From Methanothermobacter thermautotrophicus str. Delta H (GTDB taxonomy: Archaea; Methanobacteriota; Methanobacteria; Methanobacteriales; Methanothermobacteraceae): DNA of 32,000 nucleotides. This document shows positions 27,368 to 32,000 of this stretch, piece after piece; the stretch's first letter is position 1, and each line of letters begins with the position of its first letter. Location: positions 1,320,001-1,352,000 of the forward strand of contig NC_000916.1 in NCBI RefSeq assembly GCF_000008645.1, in the 5' to 3' direction. The notes under the pieces are model-generated. The model did not search any database. It was not told the origin of the DNA and saw nothing but the letters and a program-made list of their open reading frames with translations. The translations under genes were made by a program, and so were the position numbers.

Positions 27368-28792
27368 CTACACGGGTGTTATCCTCCCCTCAAGGCCGGC
27401 GTCCACCGGGCTGTTTCTCGCGATGTATTCTTCAAGCACATCAATGGCCCTCAGATCGGTCTCCTCATGGTCCTCACCGTACCTGGAGGGGACTCCCTGG
27501 GATGTGACGTAGACGGCACTGTAGGTCCCTGACGGGTCAAGGGGTCTGCCATTTACAAATATCTTCTGTATCCTTGCACCTGGAGGGTTCTCGATCTTGA
27601 AGTACATCTCAAGTCCGAGGCACCTCTTGAGGTAGCCCCCCATCTGATTGTAGGGGTTCCTTGAGAATACGAGTTCAATGTTTTCCTCCATCATATCCCA
27701 TATTTCCCTGCCTGTTAACCTCACCCGGGATAAAGGAGGATTTACAGGTATAATGTTCCAGAGATCCTCAATTCTGATATCTCCTGGCGGCACAGGGGCA
27801 CCGTAACGCCACCCATTGGAGAATGCAAGGTCAAAGTCCCCTGTATCCATCACGGCCTTTAGGAGGAGGTTATCCATGGTTGACTCCAGTATGGTGTACC
27901 TGTTAAGGTGGGTCCTGGTGGAGCCCACGACTGTTTCGAGGTGGTCACTGTCGGTCTCAGTTATCCTGAGCACCATCTCCTCAACATCAGGATCTGAGGG
28001 ACCCCTCACCTTCATGAGTTCATGGCTGAATCCCCTGACACCATCATCCACCTCCAGGTCAAGGCGCCCGATGAAGGAGCCATGACAGCCTGACTGTATG
28101 ATTATGGTATCTCCAACGATGTGGGGCCTCTCGAGTCTGTTGTGGGTGTGTGCGCTCAGCAGCACATCGATGCCCTCAACATCAGATGCCAGCTGAACCT
28201 CCTGTGGAAAGCCGAGGTGTGATATCACAACGGTGAGATCCACCCTCTCCTCATTCCTGAGGATATCGATCCATCCGGGGAGCTCCTCAAGGCCAAGGGT
28301 GAATTCAAGGCCCTCACTGAAGTGGGGTGGCATGACCTTATCTACGATGTTTGATGCTATCCCTATGATACCCACCTGCAGTTCCCCAACATCAAGGATT
28401 TCATAGGGCTGGAATACCAGCCGTTCGGTACCCTCACGGTAGCAGTTTATGGCAAGTACAGGGTAATTGAGCTTCTTTGAGAGTTCAATGAACCTTTCAG
28501 GTCCGTAGGCAAACTCCCAGTGAGCTGTCATGGCCTTGAATCCCATCTCATTCAGCAGGGGGATCATTGCAGCGCCCCGACTCTTCACGGCATGGTATGT
28601 GCCGTGGATGGTATCCCCGCAGTCAAGAAGTAGAGCGGGCCTCTCTTTGCGTATTTTATCAACGAGTCCAGCTATGTGCTGGTAACCACCAAGGGTCTCA
28701 TATACGATTTCACGGCCCTCCCAGAAAAGTTCGGGATGGCTTTTAATGTATCCATGGGTGTCGTTCACCTAGATTATGCTCAGTTCAGCCAT
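27368..28792 (-). CDS. 5'-nucleotidase / UshA-like metallophosphoesterase family protein; codon 8 is an in-frame TAG (28769-28771)
   Basis: ATG at 28792 preceded by gggggtg gives MAELSII*VNDTHGYI; ORF continues DCGDTIHGT, LLSAHTHNR, DTIIIQSGCHGSFIGRLDLE and a 5'-nucleotidase C-terminal domain. Confidence 0.82.
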
Positions 28793-28819
28793 AAAACACC
28801 CCCCTTACAGGTTTTAACC

Positions 28820-29611
28820 TCAGATATCTATATCCAGCAGCTCTCCTATATTCTCTATTACATAATCAGCGGCTTCTATAAGCCTCTGGGGGACATGCTC
28901 CCTCTGCTGGAGTGTAAGAACCCCTATATCGGCCTCCCTAAGTGCAAGGATGTCGTTGATGCCATTACCCACCATAACGACCTTGCTGTACCTCCCCCGG
29001 AGTTCACGTATTATCCTTGCCTTCCTCTCGGTGTCTGCAGTGTCAAATACGTTTTCAGTGGGGATTCCCAGGAGCTTTGCAAGTTCCATGAGGGACCCCT
29101 TCCTGTCCCCCGATGCAATGTATATGTCGATTTTCCTGTCCATGAGTTCACCGATAACATGGGGGACCTCCGGGAAGAGCTTTCCTCCTGCTGTTATGGT
29201 GAAATCCACCCTCCCCCGGTCCATGTTGACGATGAAACCTGAACCGCTGCATATCTGTATGTTGTAGTTCTTCCCTGCAACAGCATCTATGGTATCCTGT
29301 ATGTCCCCCACGGTGGCCGGGTCATCCCTTAGGACCTCAAGGATTTCACCGGGATCAACTGCGGTGTTGGCGTAGCTTATATTGAACCTTATATGGTTCC
29401 TCTCTATGAATTCGTAGATTGTCTGGTGGGGCCTGGCATTCACTATACAGGTGGATGGGTCCGTCTGAAGTACCACGAGTGCTCTACGGTCCCGGTAATC
29501 AACAACATCAAGTGAGTTCATGCTGTCACATATCTTACCGGTTTTAAGATCCTTGAGGGCCCTGTACCTCCTTATGAGTGTCCCTGAATTATCAAAAACA
29601 ACGGCCTTCAT
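28820..29611 (-). CDS. HAD-superfamily (P-type ATPase-like, soluble) hydrolase
   Basis: MKAVVFDNSGTLIRR motif I, IYIASGDRKGSLMELAKLLGI, VVMVGNGINDILALREADIGVLT motif IV. Confidence 0.82.
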   Translation of the reverse strand: MKAVVFDNSGTLIRRYRALKDLKTGKICDSMNSLDVVDYRDRRALVVLQTDPSTCIVNARPHQTIYEFIERNHIRFNISYANTAVDPGEILEVLRDDPATVGDIQDTIDAVAGKNYNIQICSGSGFIVNMDRGRVDFTITAGGKLFPEVPHVIGELMDRKIDIYIASGDRKGSLMELAKLLGIPTENVFDTADTERKARIIRELRGRYSKVVMVGNGINDILALREADIGVLTLQQREHVPQRLIEAADYVIENIGELLDIDI

Positions 29612-29689
29612 CGGACCAATATATGTTTTTTATGGTATTAAGATTTTGAGAGGATACAGTGGCACCTGTAAGCGAGACCCATAAACATC

Positions 29690-30316
29690 CTAGGAATACC
29701 CTGAAATGGCCTTCAGACTTTCAATTAAGAAGTAGACTCCAAAAAGAATCAGGAATAGACTTAAAATCATCATAACAATTTTGTAAGGTCTTCCATTCAT
29801 TCTGAAGGATTTCCTTGATGAGAGGAATGATACGAGACTGTACCATGTGAGGTCAGATGACCAGTGACCTGCGAGGAATGCCAGGAGCCCAAGGACGCCT
29901 GCAAGCTCCAGTCCCCTGTACATCAGGGCAGCGCCCACCGCACCCCACCACAGGAAGAAGTATGGGTTCGCAAAGCTTATGATGGCCCCCCGAAGGATTG
30001 ACCCACCCTCAGGGATATTTTCAGTGTCTTCAGAATCCCTGAAACCAAGGATTCCCATCCATATGAGGACTGCTCCACCTGCAGTCCCAAGGATGGCTGG
30101 AGCAGGGCCTGATCTGAGGATATAACCCAGGCCCATCAGTATCAGAGTAACAAGGAGAGCCTCTCCGAGGACATGGCCGGCCACAAGGAGGGGTCCGGCC
30201 CTGAATCCCCTCCTGATGGAATCTGAAACAGTTACGGTAAGGAGGGGTCCGGGGGCCATGGCCCCGGATAGTCCAATCAGAAATGATGTCAGGGCGAATA
30301 GCAGGATACTGATCAT
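29690..30316 (-). CDS. LysE/RhtB-family transporter
   Basis: FLIGLSGAMAPGPLLTVTVSDSIRRGFRAGPLLVAGHVLGEALLVTLILMGLG, six hydrophobic segments. Confidence 0.82.
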   Translation of the reverse strand: MISILLFALTSFLIGLSGAMAPGPLLTVTVSDSIRRGFRAGPLLVAGHVLGEALLVTLILMGLGYILRSGPAPAILGTAGGAVLIWMGILGFRDSEDTENIPEGGSILRGAIISFANPYFFLWWGAVGAALMYRGLELAGVLGLLAFLAGHWSSDLTWYSLVSFLSSRKSFRMNGRPYKIVMMILSLFLILFGVYFLIESLKAISGYS

Positions 30317-30328
30317 GATTCCACGGCT

Positions 30329-30493
30329 TCAGTTGTATCTGTTCAGTATCCTCATTATCTCTGAGAGGTGGTGGTCTATCTCTTCGATCTCTTCTCTTTT
30401 AAGGGACCTTGTCCGGCTAACTATCCTCATCCTCTCGAAGACATGGTCCATCCTTGTGAGGAGTTCATTCATATACGTCCTGGTGGGGTACAT
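30329..30493 (-). CDS. 54-aa small protein of unknown function, not in the ORF track
   Basis: MYPTRTYMNELLTRMDHVFERMRIVSRTRSLKREEIEEIDHHLSEIMRILNRYN*; GGAG 8 nt before ATG; 12 nt before the LysE-family start. Confidence 0.55.
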   Translation of the reverse strand: MYPTRTYMNELLTRMDHVFERMRIVSRTRSLKREEIEEIDHHLSEIMRILNRYN

Positions 30494-30582
30494 GCTATCA
30501 GCTCCATATCAATTTCTATCACTCATAGTATAAGGATCCTTCCAGTCATCTGTGATGATTATCGGCGGCAGGGTGCCTCCAG

Positions 30583-31575
30583 TCATCCCTGAAGATCCAC
30601 CTCCAGACCCACTTCACCGGCAACGGCCCTCTCATAGATCATCCATGCTGTTGTTATATCCTGAATGGAGAGTCCAGTCGAATCAAATACGGTCACATCA
30701 GCGGGTGAAGTTCTACCCTCAATCTTGCCTGTCATAACATCCCCCAGGCTTCCCTGGAGGTCATCCACCCTGAGGATCCCCTCGGTGATGGGCACGTTTA
30801 TTTCTCCGCTGTGGGTTGCCTGCTCCAGGCTGTCATAGAATACACGGGCATTTTTGAGTATCAGAGGGTCCAGTTCCTGCTTCCCTGGGGCGTCTGCACC
30901 CATGGCACATATGTGCGTACCCGGCGACACCCAGTCTGCCATGACCACAGGACTCCTTGATGGAGTGACGGTTACAACGATGTCCATACCCTCAACAGCC
31001 TCCCTTGGATCTGTAGCGGCCCTCACGGGGACTTCATATTCCTTTGAAGCCCTTAAGGCAAATTTTTCACGCGTTGACGGTGTCCTGCAGTAGACGCTGA
31101 CCTCCTCAAGATCCGCCACCCTGCTGATTGCCATGAGCTGGGTCCAGGCCTGCCTTCCGGCACCGATTATCCCGAGCCTTGACGCGTCCCTGGATGCAAG
31201 GTACTTCACCGATACACCGCCAGCGGCACCCGTTCTCATATCGGTTATATGGGTTCCATCCATGAGTGCAATGGGGAACCCTGTTTCAGGGTCCACAAGC
31301 TCTATGACAGCCATTACCGTTGGCAGGGAATGCCTATCAGGGTTTGAGGGGTGCACATTGACGCACTTAACACCGGCCATCTCAAGCTCCTCAAGGTAGG
31401 ATGGCATGACACGGAGGTCTCCATTGTATCTCCTGAAGAACAGGTACATCTTAGGGGGCATCTGAACCCTCCCAAGGGCCTCCTGGACAAAGGCACCCTC
31501 AACCGCCTTCAGGCAGTCGTCCATGTTAAGAAGGCCTTCAACATCACTCCTGGTTAGCACAACTGTTTTTTCCAT
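30583..31575 (-). CDS. Ornithine cyclodeaminase / mu-crystallin / archaeal alanine dehydrogenase family
   Basis: MEKTVVLTRSDVEGLLNMDDCLKAVEGAF, RTGAAGGVSVKYLA, LGIIGAGRQAWTQLMAIS Rossmann motif. Confidence 0.88.
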   Translation of the reverse strand: MEKTVVLTRSDVEGLLNMDDCLKAVEGAFVQEALGRVQMPPKMYLFFRRYNGDLRVMPSYLEELEMAGVKCVNVHPSNPDRHSLPTVMAVIELVDPETGFPIALMDGTHITDMRTGAAGGVSVKYLASRDASRLGIIGAGRQAWTQLMAISRVADLEEVSVYCRTPSTREKFALRASKEYEVPVRAATDPREAVEGMDIVVTVTPSRSPVVMADWVSPGTHICAMGADAPGKQELDPLILKNARVFYDSLEQATHSGEINVPITEGILRVDDLQGSLGDVMTGKIEGRTSPADVTVFDSTGLSIQDITTAWMIYERAVAGEVGLEVDLQG

Positions 31576-31805
31576 GCATCCACCGTCCCCATTTAATAAC
31601 AATCAGGGTCAATCTACCAATCTTTAAATATTGAACATCTCACATTTATTAGTGTTGGAAATGAAATTAAAACCACGGATGAGTACTGTCATGGCTGTCC
31701 CGGCGGTCCATGGACCGGAAACTCCACCCTCGAGGCAGTCATGGCAGCTATTAAGGTTGATCAGACTTATATCTCACTTCAACTTGAAATATAAGGGTGT
31801 TAAAG

Positions 31806-32000
31806 ATGGAAACTGTTGATAAGGTTGATATGATTAAGAATCATGGCCTGACCGCATCAGAAAATCTTGAAAAATTTCTTAAGAGGATTGAGGCAAAAAA
31901 CGATGACATCAACGCCTTCCTGGAGGTTAGGGGTGAAGAGGCGATTAAGAGGGCTGAGGAGATAGACGCCAGGATAGCCTCCGGCAAGGAGACAGGGAAA
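31806..32000 (+). CDS. gatA: Glutamyl-tRNA(Gln) amidotransferase subunit A, N-terminal part (gene runs off the right edge)
   Basis: METVDKVDMIKNHGLTASENLEKFLKRIEAKNDDINAFLEVRGEEAIKRAEEIDARIASGKETGK, typical amidase N-terminus. Confidence 0.85.
   Translation, partial: METVDKVDMIKNHGLTASENLEKFLKRIEAKNDDINAFLEVRGEEAIKRAEEIDARIASGKETGK

Noticed and set aside
8800-28771. Pyrrolysine or general TAG recoding as an explanation of the two in-frame TAG codons
   Set aside because: TAG serves as the ordinary stop in this window (cfbB, mtd, leuA and the glycosyltransferase-like gene all end in TAG), no Pyl machinery is present here, and the region is rich in other apparent sequence errors.
1-32000. Many ORFs of 60-200 aa antisense to conserved genes (for example 4434-4970, 15386-16087, 18357-18902, 20855-21328, 23853-24344)
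   Set aside because: They lie opposite clearly conserved coding sequence and have low-complexity, Ser/Pro/Arg-rich compositions typical of mirror frames in this GC range.
1-32000. CRISPR array, transposase, integrase, toxin-antitoxin, restriction or other defence system
   Set aside because: No regularly spaced long repeats, no transposase/nuclease gene pairs and no inverted-repeat-bounded insertions were seen; gene content is housekeeping.

Overview
The window is a gene-dense archaeal chromosome segment. Gene content points to Methanobacteriales, most likely Methanothermobacter (inference from mtd, cfbB/cfbD, fused fae-hps, trpB2 with TRP boxes, and alba). Supported genes include a 5'-truncated-by-window radical SAM gene (absent from the ORF track), cfbB, a membrane polymerase-like gene, a glycosyltransferase-like gene, a C39-like peptidase, mtd, a class II glutamine amidotransferase, hisB, a ferredoxin, a ModE/TOBE protein, a polysaccharide flippase, a flavoprotein, fae-hps, trpB2, a DUF1786-like protein, a PHP phosphoesterase, DUF63, leuA, cfbD, alba, a flavodoxin+PNPOx-like fusion, a PQQ-like beta-propeller protein, an ABC-2 exporter with a PadR regulator, a TIM-barrel endonuclease-like protein, a TMEM175-like protein, a DsrE-like protein, a 5'-nucleotidase-family protein, a HAD protein, a LysE-family protein, a 54-aa small ORF, an ornithine cyclodeaminase-family protein, and the start of gatA. 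No mobile element, CRISPR array, defence island or clearly new multi-gene system was found. The most notable signals are: (1) many apparent single-base frameshifts plus two in-frame TAG interruptions in otherwise well-conserved genes, which probably reflects sequence quality but would be remarkable if real; (2) regulatory DNA, namely a perfect TGTACATATATGTACA palindrome (two TRP boxes) at trpB2, a 16-bp-phased GATATAT repeat across the padR start/promoter, a 7-bp tandem repeat next to CCCGGGAACCCGGG upstream of leuA, and an 18-bp AT palindrome upstream of the C39-like gene.
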